Below are positions 51,601-63,254 of a DNA stretch of 64,000 nt, one piece after another; the stretch's first letter is position 1, and each line of letters opens with the position of its first letter. The notes under the pieces are model-generated. The model worked only from the letters and a program-made list of their open reading frames with translations. It searched no databases and was not told the DNA's origin. A program made the position numbers and the translations under genes. Location of the stretch: contig OZ116699.1 in assembly GCA_964199315.1 (NCBI GenBank), positions 31,620,001 through 31,684,000 on the forward strand, written 5' to 3'. Source of the stretch: Orbicella franksi. Lineage: Eukaryota.

Positions 51601-52951
51601 TTTCCTCCCTTCTCAAAACCACCACTCCAAATTCTAATTCAACAACGGTGCAGGAACACATCTGACAAGTCCATGAGAGCTCCTCTGGTTTTCATGGGCC
51701 GATGAAAATCACATTACATTTTCCATAGTTTAGAAAAATTGTCTTTGTTTATGTCCATCTGAACTGCAGCAGTTCTTACCTCCAAAGGAATTGAAAATTC
51801 CTGAATTCTTGGTTCACATCTGGGTATACCAGCAGCAGCAGCATCAGAGGGTACAATCGGTTCTTCAAAGCCCTTAACAGAGAAATCATGAGAACATCCA
51901 TTTACAGCAATTGAAAAAAATAAACAAATAATCAACAGTTCCGAAACCTGTCCTTAAAAACATGAAACCAGTTGTGATGTGCCAAGTTGTTCAAAGTAGC
52001 CCCAATGAACAAAACAGTGGGAGGGAGGGTTGTGCACAAGAGCCCTTTCCCAGCTGTATCAGTGTATACTACTGTAAACTTTGTGTAGTAGCAATGGTTT
52101 TATTAGGGTAGGGGAACGTGGAGGCCTTTTCTATCAATATCAACCACCAGTATTTCTCTGAAGCAGTACATGTGTATATCAGCATTCACGTACAAAAAAC
52201 ATGGCAGAAGACTGTCAGGCTAATTGAATAAACAAGATGCGACAACAAATGTCACCAGCTCCAGGTAGACCAGAAAGGGCTAAGCTTCCAAAAAACAGTG
52301 AAGTACGAGCATGAGGAATGAAAGCATTCCTTCCTGCCATTTTTGTGGCAGACAATGAGACCCGGGCTAAAGTTTTTGCTTGCATGTAACATCTGCTAAG
52401 CTTTGTTTTGAGAAATGTGCAGTCACAAATTGGCAAGTCATTTTGTTTAAATGACTAATAATTTGCACGGAAGTGAGAATGTTGACTAATAATTTGCACA
52501 GAAGTGAAAATGTTCTAGTGATAGTGTTTCAAGTGAAAATTTACCCACCAGTTTACCAAACATTTTTGTAAACTAAGAGATGAATTAATCTCATTTATTG
52601 CAACCCAGATAATCATTTAGAGAGAATCAAGTACATCCTTGAGGAGTGATCTAGATATGGCAAAGTTTAACAAAGTTAGGTTGGATGTTACCTCACAAGG
52701 GAAAGCATCAACAACTTTTCCCTCCTCATAAGAGGCAATGTCAATAACTCCTTCTTCTTCATTGTTGACTTCAGCTTTGACATCAGAAGTTGTGTTAGAC
52801 CCCTAAGAATAAAATAAATTTGTGTTTAGTACCTTCTTGTTGCTTAATAAGTAATTGTATTCTGACCATTTGCCACAAGCATCACAGGGACAAAGAAACA
52901 ATTATTATGGAAGACCAGCTAGTTACATGTAGAATTATACCCTGTACACCC

Positions 52952-52988
<37 letters not shown>

Positions 52989-54920
52989 TGAACAAACCAA
53001 GCCAGTGAATCTGTTTGGGCATCTTTCATGGAGAAATGAGAGGCCCATTTGGGCTTGAGGAAAGCCCCCAGGGCAGGAGAGAGGGTAAACAAAAAACTGA
53101 AACAATCAAATGAACAAGATGAAGTGGTTATATTACAACTGATTTCGACTAGATTTCGACTAGTGTCCCTGTGTTCCTTCAACCATTCTTCTTGGGTACA
53201 GTGACCCACGGTCGCTCAGAGCCAAAGATTTTGTTCGACCCTGAACCTGTGGGTTCCACCAGATTTTTGCCTCTTTGGCTTCTTCAAATATGAAAATGGG
53301 CAAGGAGTTTTCTTGCATTTTCGTCCTGACATAAAGAAAATTTGAAAAGAATGAAAGCTAACTTGCGATGAAACAACCAGATTGAGAACAGCTCACGTGC
53401 ACAAATGAAATATCACACTGCAATTCGCATTACACGTGACAACTGGCAGTGAACAGACTTAATCATGGTTCTTGACGCCATCTTGATGGCTAGGCAAAGC
53501 GGTTAGAAGTTACAGTGTTTGTATGGGAATTCGATGGCAAATAACTTTTTGTAAAATGGAATTTTACACAATTTGTGAATGGCAATGTTAAACTAATAGG
53601 TGGAAGATTGTATTCACCAAGTTTGAAGGATGTAGCTTGGCTAGAAGATGCTCAGTTCATTTCTCTTATTTTCCATACATCTGTCTGTAAAATTTGGCTG
53701 GGTAGGCAGACATGTAGAGGGGGTATGCAAGAAAAAAATTACAGACAAATGTTACCTCACATGAGACAACATCAACTTCTTCTTCCTCACAAGAGACAAT
53801 GTCAATAACTCCTTCCTCTTCACTGTTGACTTCAGCCCTGACATCAAAACTTGCATAAGAGTCCTGACAATAGAATGAATTTGTGTTGCTTAGTAAATTA
53901 CTGTATTTTGAACACACTGATGGCCTGATTTCAAGTCTATGATCTTCCAAAAACTGGTTGGATGCTCTCAACTGCTGACCTACAGGAGACTTGTGTTGAG
54001 CTGCTAGGCCATTTACAAGGTTCATATACAGGATTCTTGTTAAGTTTTCATTCAGGCAGTTAGAAAGAAGAAATAGCAGGTAACATTGTTACCTGCCCCA
54101 CCTGCCGGGGGTGTGGGGACTCTGCCCCAGTGGGGGTCTCCTGGGTTTTCAGTGCATCCAAGGATCTTTCCACATGTCTCAAGGCACTCTTTTTCATATA
54201 ATGTTAAAGGAAGTATTAACCATTTTTATACCAAGCTGGCAGAGGCCGTTTTCGAGACATGACAAGATGGATTACTTCAACACATCCTTTATTTTCAATG
54301 CAATGATGTCTTCTAGATTTCTCAACTTAGGGTTAGTGACTAGAAGGAGTGACTAGAAGGAGAACAGCAAGATTTTCCAAAACCTTCAACACAATGGGTA
54401 TTCACTTTTGAACAAACAAGCATCCATCATAAATTTGATAAATACTCCAGTGAAATAGGTAGTAACTTTTACTCAAACAGCTGGTAAAATGAACTGGTTA
54501 CAGACTCTTAACAAGAACCCTGATGCGTGATATACATTGTTACATACATCCAGCATACTACAAGGAACAGTAACAGCCAGTGAGAAAAGTGTGATGATAT
54601 ATACAAAGCAGGGCTCCAAACGAACTCCAGCTTGCCCTTTGGACCGGTAGCTGTCAAATTTTGCTTGCCTTGGATGAGGCTTAGTTTGCTCTTTATTGAT
54701 TTAGTTGACCAATGACATACCTGAGCCCTTGCCCATTGGGCAAATGAGAATCTAAAGTTACTTGCCCCAGACGACAGGATGGCACTTATTTTGTGCCTCG
54801 CAAAGGTGGTAAATCTTTCGCTTATTCATACTTACTGTAATAGCCGTGAGCTATGATGTTGAGAACAAGAGGCGATATATACATATCTTATTAGATGTTT
54901 TGGTGTGTAGTATCGCTGTA

Positions 54921-54962
<42 letters not shown>

Positions 54963-57900
54963 TCGTCAAAATACAAACAACAAGTAAAAACATACAGCGA
55001 TACATGCATGTGCTGCATGGAGCTTTGTCAAGATTTCCTTCTGTAGTACAGTGGGGATAATGATGCGGTGGCTTTTCATGGCCGTACCATCTTCTACAGC
55101 AAGTTCATTGCAAAAGGGCTAATAAGGTTTTAAGGGCACTGGGACTTGCTGGATGGTTGACGGCCAACCAGAGTGGATCAGTTCCTTAAGTGCGTTGAGC
55201 TCTGGGTCCGACGCGGTTTGTCCTCTAATTCTCTGCAGAATGCTGTTACTGAATTGAGGGTGGATGTCGTGCACTTGAACATTCATCCCAGGGATGGCTT
55301 CTTTTTCTTCTGGTGATAACCTGGAGAGTGCATCCACAATTTCAATGCTTTTGCCTTGTTGGTAGCGGATGACAAGGTCATATGGTTGCAGTCTCAGTAG
55401 CATTCTCTGAAGATGCAGGGGTGCGGCTGTCAAGTGTTTTAGGTGTATATTCTCAAGGGGCTTGTGGTCAGTATTGACAGTGAAACTGTGACCAAATAGG
55501 TAAGTGTGAGACTTCTCACACCTGTACACCACAGCAAGTAGTTCTTGTTCAATGTTTGTATATCTTGTTTCCACATGAATGAGTGCTTTGCTCGCAAAAG
55601 CAACAGGCATGTGTTGTCTTGTCTGAGTGCTCTGCCTAGGCCTTTCAGCAAAGTGTCAACTTTTAACATGATCTCCTTCTTTGGATCAAAGTAGGTTAAA
55701 CTAACGTCACTACTGACAGAGTCTTTGCTGTAGGCATCTTGCAGTGCTGGGCTCTAATCAAATTGGTGGCTTTCCTTTAGGAGCTCTTGAAGTGGGGCTG
55801 TTAGAGTGCTTAAATTTGGGATGAAGGGACCCATGTAGATTGCCAGACCTAAGAAGGTCTGCAGTTCTTGGCGGATAGTTGGAGCTGACATTTGTTTCAG
55901 TGCTGAGATTTTGTTTCGATCAGGCTGGAGCCCACCTTGGCTACAGACAACACCATAAAATCTGATTTTCTCCTGCTTCACATAGCATTTATCAGGGTGC
56001 AGTTTCAGGCCTGTATCTTGGCATTATCTTAGCATACCATGCATGCTGTGGTCATGTTCCTCACTAGTTTGTCCAAAAACTACGATGTCGTCTGTAATTC
56101 CTGCCACTACTCCACAGCCCTCAAATGTTTGGTCAATTTTGGGCTGAAAGATGTCTTATGATATTTTCAGCCCAAAGTGCATGCGGTTGAATCTGTATCT
56201 GCAGGGTCTCAACCTCCCATTTTGTTTCTGTCAGTAGACTAGACTGTTAACCCAGGGTGGGGGTTCACCTTCCTTAAGTTTTGTGATGCAATTCTTGGCA
56301 ATATCATCTAATTCACTTTTGATGTCATGCACGATGGAGGGTGAATCACTGGTGGAATATTGGGGTCGACTGCGATGTGGTATTCTCCTTGAAACTTCCT
56401 GACAATATTAAAACACTCAGGGTATTGTGTAATCAGATCCTGCTTGTCTCTTATCAGGATGGTTTCCTTGGCTTGCTCAGGAGTCTTGTCCTTTAGGCAT
56501 CCATTAATGCTGGTTGGGGATGTTGTGTCTGTATAGCAAAATTGAACTGTAGCAGATTCAGGTCAGTGGAGGTTGGCAGGCCAATGATTGTGGGACCTGG
56601 TATGTCAGTGATGCAAAAGGGTGCGAGTGTGCTCTCTTTCCCATAGTTGTAGGGTATAGTGACTTTGCCACTTGCGAGCCTCCGTAGACAGTGGGCACAA
56701 CATTCAAGGACAACTATGCATTGGGTTTGAGTTTATCATTGTTGTTTACTTGATCTGGGTACATCTCACAGTAAAGCCTCATGGGTAGTATGTTGCACTG
56801 GGCACCAATGTCAAGCTTGGCTCTCAGTGTGGTCTTCCTGTTATTGCTCTGCGCCAGGTTTACTTGAATGGATACAAATACTTCATCTCGACTAGACTCT
56901 GGTGTCCCATGTGTTAAATTTGCTACAGTGCCTGATTAAAAAACAATAGATTCGAAGGATGTCTGAGCTGCAGAATCTTCCCAATCTTTGATGACGTGAA
57001 TCCATTGTCTGATGCGTTGAGGGTGACCACAGTTCCCACAATCCCCTGGGAGGCTTGAAAGATGGAGATGGCTGATTTGGTGGAAGGTGTGCTAAGTATA
57101 TGGACCCATCTGCAGTTTCAGCTGCCATGGCTGTGAGCTGGGCTTGAGAGGATGCATGTGACCTTGCAATCTCTAAAATTTCATCCAGCACGAGCTTGGC
57201 TCCCTTTGAGATTAACTTTTCTCTGACTTTGAGTGAGTTTGTTTTGAAAACTATTCAGTCTCTCATCATTTCTTCTGGGTCTTTGAAATCGGGATCTTGG
57301 GCTAGAATCCATAATGCCATGAGGAATTTCTCTGCCATTTCTGACGAGTCTTGGACTGGACTGTGTAATTTGAACCTGGTGAAAACAGGATTTGCTTTGG
57401 GACTTATGTGACTCTCAGAACGTTCGTAGTATGTTCCTAATTTCCTATGTTCATCATCGTGTTGTGGATATCCCTTCCTTTCTGACCAACCCAGATGAGC
57501 AAATAGCTGCATTTTTCCTCTTCTGTTCTGAATTTCAGAGGTCCTGTAAACATCAGCTCGACTGCTTGAAACGCCACCAGTTTTCTTTCGGGTTGTCGCC
57601 TTTCCACTACATAACCGGGCATTTGATGATGCTTAACACCATGTTTCCGAGGTTTTTGGTTTACTTCTGACACCATGTAATAGCCACAGGCTATTATGTC
57701 AAGAACAGGAGGCGATATGTCAAGACAGGAGGTAACATAGCTTTTTATTTGCTTTAATATCTAAACAACAAGGGGAGAACTACATACAAAAGAACGCAAG
57801 GCACAATGGTTCACATGCTGTTTGCGTCACCAGAAGTGCATTCGAAGTACACAGGGTTCTCCCTTGTTTTCAGTACAACAGGTAAAAGAGCATTTTAAAC

Positions 57901-60900
57901 CGGTAAAGCAATCAGGTGAATCGCAGCCTTGTTTATTAGGTCTGCTCTGTACATTACATGAAATGAAAATTTGCCCCATTCTTGTCTTTCCAAGACAGGT
58001 GTGTCATTCTTGAGTTGCAAAGCCACTTCATCGCCGATGTTGTCGTTTCCTAATAAAAACATTTTCTTTGAAAATACCTCCATCTAATATGCCTTACAGT
58101 TTACTAATTTTACACCTTTGGCTGTAGATGTGAAATGAAATCAAACAGCACTTTCATCTTTAAGTGTTTTATTCTTTGTCTTAATTCTCTTGCCCTAAAG
58201 TCACAGAAAACTTCCAGGGTATCCTCGCTGTGCTTACATGAAGTGTCACTACAAAATCAGCGGTCGTCTCTCAAAACCAAACGAAATCGCTGCATATTCA
58301 TTTTCATTCACGTTCTGGAAGGGTTTTATTGTCAAGGATTCTCTCAAAACGTCGTCTGAAAATAGATTTCAAACACTTTTGACCTGAATGTGGAGCATTT
58401 CGTGACGAAGATGAAGTTTTCGATCACCACACGTGAATGTTGGTCAATTTAGCAACACCAGTTTTCTAAAGCCGATAGTTAGGTGGGGAGTTCATGGAAC
58501 TGATTTCCCCACATTGCTTGCAAATCAAATACTTGTAACGTCTAAAATTACTTTATTTGTAACTGTTTCCATTCGTGACTTCTTGCCATTGCTGATGGAA
58601 AGAAATGAGAACAATGTTCATAGTCGCTTCATCGTGAAACTGAACGTAAACAACTACTGATGCATGTGTGAAGAAATGACATCTGCCACGATGGAATGGT
58701 GGCAGAAAGCCCGCCAAAAATTTGCGGATCTTGCCTCGAAGTTCGAAAGCCACAGATACTACTTACAAACCATAGCCTGCGCAGTTTATCTTTTAATCTG
58801 TTTATTTATTTATTCTTTTACAAGGATAATATACCGATTATGTCGGTGAAACAACTATATATTTTTTTTCTTTTACCTGTTGAATTTTCAAGAATTCCAA
58901 GGGATTTTAGGTGGTAGCGAGTGGTGCTACAGGCCGTAAATTTTACCGGTTACCGCCTGAAAAGGAGAACGCTGAGTACATATCATCACACTTACACAAC
59001 GTAAAAATTTCATTCACCCCCTTATTTTACTACTTCAAAATTTTGATACCTTTTTCTTGACACCTTACAGTATTACAATATTTACAAACTATGAACTGAG
59101 TATTTAGCAGTTCTGTCAATATTTGTATGTACACTGTGCAATAACATAAACTGATGAGGGGTACCTCACAAGAGAGTGTGTCTCTAAGTACTTCCACTTC
59201 AGTATTCACTTGACCTTTGGCATCACACGTTGTTTTTTGATCCTGTGAATTAGAAATATAGAAAAGAAATTTGAGGACCAAGCTGGAAGGGGGGTTGGCA
59301 GTACAAATAAAAAATTCTAGAGATATACATTAGATGATATTAAATGGTGGTGCAAAGATATGGACTTAAGTTTCAAGTGGTAAAAAGAAGTATAGGAATA
59401 AAAATATTGCTTTTAACATGAGAAAATAAAATTTATATCTTCCTGCCATCAAGCAGTTTTCTTTTTACAATATAGACAAACTGACTGTTTGCACAAACAC
59501 TTGTGAAAAAGTGGGAAATAATGTCATCACTGTCCTCACCACTGACGGTATAAAAGATGTGCAACTTGAGTCTCAGATGTAGTTTCACATGAATTTTAGA
59601 AATAGTGTATTTTCCAGCAAAATGCTTATTTCCATAACTTTAATAAAATATAGTACTTGTTGCATTATTATTGCACATGGCAGCTGGCACACACACTGGT
59701 GATCACCTGTTAATTTCAGCTCATCAAAATTAATGCTCTTGCATGATTAAACCAGCATAAAAGGTCAGTCAAAGGATATCAACCCTCTCTGTATGGCAAT
59801 TTGTGTCTGCAAGTCCACATTGTTAAAACTTTGTGATCTTCTGTATATTGATTTGAAAACTTTGTATCCTCTTACAGGAATTGCCCGCTGGTTATTTCAT
59901 TGATTTTTATTTTTACCCATAATTGCATTTTTTAGTGTCAAACACATTATTTTGTTTTCATGTGCCTAGCAATGTCACATATCTGCTTTTTTTGTCCAAA
60001 TTTATAATCAGAGTTGAACAATTCACCCACATTTACAGCCAATGTGCCACCTGGCAGCTGACAAGATGTTACCTCACAAGGGACAATGTCAACATTTGTT
60101 ATGTCTTCCTCTTCGCTGTTTGCTTCATGTTTGATATCAGAATTTGCCTCAGCATCCTGAAAGTTAAATAAAGAGTGGGCACTAATTTTATTTGTTGCCT
60201 GGTTTAACACAAATTCATGGTTCAATGTTTACTTAAGTTTTCTTGATATGTATTCAGCTTAACAGTAGAATGATATGAGACTGTGGCTTAAGGCACTTTG
60301 TTAAAAATACAGAACAAACTGTAACATCAACTGAAATGTCACCTCACAAAAAACCATGTCAAGACTCTTTTCATCTTCACTGTCCACTTGAGGTTCTACA
60401 TCAGAACTTGTCTCAGAGTCCTGGCATTTTCACAAAAATAGCTACATAAGTATGTAAAGCTTTCTGATTCTTCATACATTACTACAGTCATACATAATAT
60501 TATATTACAATAAATTAATCACCAGCCAGTTGGGAAGGGAGGAAAATTAAAAAATGGTCAAGCACACCATGCAAAGAAAGTCTAATCCAATAGTCTGGGC
60601 CAGTGATCTTTGTTTACAAGATGAGCATGAAGGAAATTAAGTCAGAAAGTAATACATCATTTTAAAAAGGCTAGTGAGAGAGTCTTTTGGACAAGTACAT
60701 CATAGGTATTAAGAGCTTGCCAGAGGGGCAGGCCTGAAAATTGGTTTCCACTGCATTCTGCAAGGTTTGAATTTCTTTCACTCTGTTGGCTTTTACAAAC
60801 ACATCTTCTAAAAAGAGTGCTCTCAAGCTACATATATTTTCTAACTTCATACATGTAGTTCTTGTTATTATTACTACACATACATGCAGAGTTCTAATGG

Positions 60901-61258
60901 TAATAAAAAAAAGTTTACCTGAAATTGGGACATATGATGGTCAAAAAAAAAAAAAATTAAAAGTTCCTCATAGCATATTAAATGAGACTTCTAATTTAGT
61001 ACAGTAAACCCTACAGTTAGGCTTAAAAAGTTGCTCATCAAAGATTATCACTGCATCTCCATGGCAACTCACATTCCCAACTGTGAGGACTTTTCAAGAA
61101 CACCACTGAGATCAAAGGATTATACAAGACTGTAATAAGTGAACCCATAATATATTACTAACCTCAAAGGGTACTGGCCCATGTTCTTTCTCAAACAGAT
61201 ATTGAAATTTTGGTAGAAGGTCTGGTTCTGTCAGTAGTTGTACTATCTGTACAGGCAT
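43286..61258 (-). CDS. PRDM7/9-like PR/SET-domain zinc-finger protein (~2204 aa): acidic exon repeats, zinc knuckle, PR/SET, ~30 zinc fingers
   Basis: 12 exons join in frame (6615 nt): 61258-61163, 60420-60343, 60156-60073, 59242-59165, 53863-53756, 52802-52692, 51872-51780, 51473-51410, 50511-50353, 49686-49562, 49024-48775 (GC donor), 48654-43286. Zinc knuckle [88 protein letters not shown] closely matches the PRDM9-type domain. The six PR/ZF-proximal exons are firm. The six upstream exons rest on splice sites, phase and mutual similarity, and the true start may lie further upstream. Confidence 0.88.
45170..46126 (-). repeat. Coding minisatellite: five ~201-bp units, each one C2H2 finger plus a ~43-aa linker
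   Basis: WKC codons recur at spacings of 198, 201, 201 and 201 bp (catttcca at 46119, 45921, 45720, 45519, 45318). Unit consensus APWKCxFCSKVFQSVSGMKKHVKKxHSKRxKSExSxQGCKPEEKDGIExxNSKxTERTQSWS. Confidence 0.95.
47085..47645 (-). repeat. Coding tandem duplication, 2x282 bp (94 aa), each with one C2H2 finger
   Basis: aaagtgggcagc(c/t)ctgtggcaat at 47435 and 47153. The peptide FRCEFCxKxFxSLSLMxCHRAAHFRKKN occurs twice, with a third related finger downstream. Confidence 0.9.
50044..50290. mobile_element. Older, decayed Kolobok-type MITE copy
   Basis: The ends aaggagtcgtgtcaca / accgtgacctagct and the interior aaggattgtgactgaaaaccgtgaa..ttttcaagatg resemble 13018-13212 and 41678-41909. Confidence 0.45.
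54885..55007. repeat. Hairpin repeat at the Gypsy 3' deletion junction
   Basis: Perfect 16-bp stem GTATTTTGACGAGCCC-ata-GGGCTCGTCAAAATAC (54940-54974) inside a longer imperfect palindrome. Confidence 0.75.
55008..57622 (-). pseudogene. Decayed gag-pol of the Gypsy element
   Basis: gag-like ELMFTGPLK..EEEKCSYLLIWVGQKGRDIHNT; protease LRAKLDIGAQCNILP (D-T-G altered); RT RYRFNRMHFGLKIS*DIFQ..GITDDIVVFG with the N-terminal RT segment deleted; RNase H PVAFASKAL..RYTNIEQELLAVV..TDHKPLE; start of the integrase Zn domain ELAVEDG..EILTKLHAAH, then truncated. Many stops and frameshifts. Confidence 0.92.
57852..58974. mobile_element. hAT-like non-autonomous element (1123 bp) with a 6-bp TSD, inserted in the Gypsy 5' LTR
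   Basis: TIR CAG(G/C)GTTCTCC. AGTACA at 57846-57851 and 58975-58980. Extending the duplication to 8 bp gives no match. Confidence 0.8.
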
Positions 61259-61964
61259 CTGCAATATAGTTTAAATAAACAAAGAACTTTTGAACTTTAA
61301 TTTTCTTTTCTTTACTTATGCAGAGTTACAAGGTAAAGGGTATAGGTTAGGATAGAGACAGTTAAAGACAGTAGGTTTAGAGTTTTTTGAGTTATGAAGG
61401 ATATTTTCAAGCCTGGCTGGGGTTGTCTTTTTTATAAAAACACTCTACTGTCATTACCGTCTCTAACCTAACCCAAAAATTTTATAGAATACCATACCAG
61501 TCAGTGAGGCAAAACATAATACTTGTTGCAGTCTTGGTCATTATTTGTACTACTGTTTTATTTTCCTATCTTTGGATGATAATGTATGCAAAAAATAATG
61601 ATACTAGCAGTAATCAAAGATTATGAGTGTGTTTGTCGCCTTCACTTAAATCATGATAAATAGCAGTGATGAAACTTAAATTGTCAATTTTTGTGTTTTT
61701 TTCCGCGATTTGCAAAAAAAAAAAATCCCCCCCAAAAATTCTCGCAAAAATTTACTCCCCTGGCGAAAGTATACAAAGAAACATCACAAGTAGAATCTTG
61801 TTGCTGCCATTTATTTAAAGTCTCTTTCCCTCAGAAACAAAACAATGAAATGACAAACAAAACGTTCAGAAATAAAAGGTTAACAGGAAAGGATCACCTA
61901 AAGGTACTCCATTGAAAAGAGCATCTACAATTCCACACAAGAACAAAATGTAACTGTGATAGAG

Positions 61965-63195
61965 TAGACTGTTCACAGCCTCTCTATTCACACACGCGAA
62001 AGAAAAAGCGAGCAAGGTGAGCACGAAGCAAGCAGGGGTGGGGGGTGGGGTCTGTGAGCAAAGTGAGCAAGAAGAATAGAGAGTGTAGACATCTTTGGAA
62101 AAAAAAGGACTTATTAGGCTCCTCCCCCTGTTATCGCCTTGTTACTAACAGCTCTGCCCCTTGACCATTTCATTAAATCGGACCAATACAGTCTGAGCCA
62201 TAAATTGCTTGTTTAATTGATTACAAGTATCAGTTTGCAAACAACACATACATGCATTCGGCTGTCATCTCAGATGACTTCAACTCCAAAAAAAAAGTTG
62301 CTTAAAAGGGGAGAAAGCCGAAATCAAACGGTCTTTCTGATTTTTGTAGGATAAGCGCTTGTTCTTTCGCTATTCACCTTGGGAATTTTGGCAAGACAAC
62401 TTACATATCTATGGATAATCTTTTTCTAAAGGTGTTACATGGTGTGGCACTCGTGAACTACAATGAGCATGACAAAATTGTTAAGTGGAGAATCTTCGTT
62501 CTAGAACACGTTTTGGAATTTTGCATCCAAAAAGTCTTCTGCTGTCTTCCAAAAACAAGCTTGTATTTCGCTTCTCCAATAAGGAGAGGCATGTCGTCCT
62601 TTGTTGACAAAACGATGGAAGGAATCCAAAGCTCTTCAGTCTCTTCTACTTATGCTTTCAAGATGCTTTTGAGTGGTGAAAATATGAGAACAACATTCGC
62701 ACCATTTGCATTTCTTTTGCTGTTGCGTAGAGTTGATGATATATCAGACTTTCCGCAAAGCCGGTCTGCAAAAATTGCAACATCTTTCAACCAAAGAAGA
62801 CTAACAGCAGCCTCTTTCTGCTCATCTTTGAGCAAAGAAATGTTATAATTTCTCTTAACAGGATTCTATATTTTTTAAAAACAACCCCTCCATTATGAAT
62901 CACAGCACATGTCATTGATGACAACTACTGCAAGCCGCATAATGCACCTGGATGCAATCATGATCGGCCATTGTCAAGGTGATGACACTCTTGTCACCTT
63001 TCAACCAATGGGAATTTTACATTTCTGGAAAAATGGGGAATTCACTTTTTTTCCAAAGATATCTACAGCCCCTCTCCCCATCCCCTACCCAGTCAAGTCT
63101 TCAGTTTTGCGCTGGTGTCCAGTTGTCTCAGATTCAATCTACATGTTCAACGATCGAATAAAACTACAAGAAAATAGAGGGCTGTGAGCAGTCTC
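61965..63195. mobile_element. AcademH-like DNA transposon derivative (1231 bp)
   Basis: TIR TAGACTG(T/C)TCACAGCC..CTCTATT with the terminal base mutated on the right. The 9-bp TSD GTGATAGAG / GTGATAGAC (61956-61964, 63196-63204) matches at 8 of 9 positions. An internal RecQ-like helicase relic is present. Confidence 0.8.
62444..62850 (-). pseudogene. Decayed RecQ-like SF2 helicase fragment (motifs Q, I, Ia, II)
   Basis: Across frameshifts: LKDEQKEAAVSLL..KDV..LQTGFAESLIY (cf. LPTGxGKSLxYQ), VVLIFSPLKSIL (cf. VxSPLxSL), KYKLVFG..AEDFL, LIVVHECHT (cf. vvDExH). Confidence 0.8.
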
Positions 63196-63254
63196 GTGAT
63201 AGACTTCATCAAACTATGACATAGATGTCGATTCCTTTTTTCACAAATTTAGCT

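Larger units (their letters stand above)
54836..58990 (-). mobile_element. Defective Gypsy/Ty3 LTR retrotransposon in a PRDM intron
   Basis: 5-bp TSD CTTAC (54831-54835, 58991-58995) and TGT..ACA termini. The 5' LTR is 58990-58981 plus 57851-57676, split by an insertion. PBS TGGTGTCAGAAGT (57675-57663). Only the last ~45 bp of the 3' LTR remain (54836-54878), similar to 57676-57720. Confidence 0.88.

Noticed and set aside
52215-52436. Extra PRDM exon ending at a gtgacat donor
   Set aside because: No acceptor gives a frame-compatible product, and the peptide does not resemble the acidic repeats.
53100-53500. Possible THAP-like or other coding fragment in the PRDM intron
   Set aside because: Only a vague resemblance, with no C2CH signature and interrupted frames.
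53666-54025. 119-aa ORF as a standalone gene or longer exon
   Set aside because: Only 53863-53756 is bounded by splice sites and matches the acidic repeat. The rest is intronic read-through.
57676-57953. Gypsy 5' LTR ending at 57953 with a 4-bp TTAC TSD
   Set aside because: 57953 lies inside the 57852-58974 insertion. Removing that insertion gives an LTR end at 58990 with a better 5-bp CTTAC TSD.
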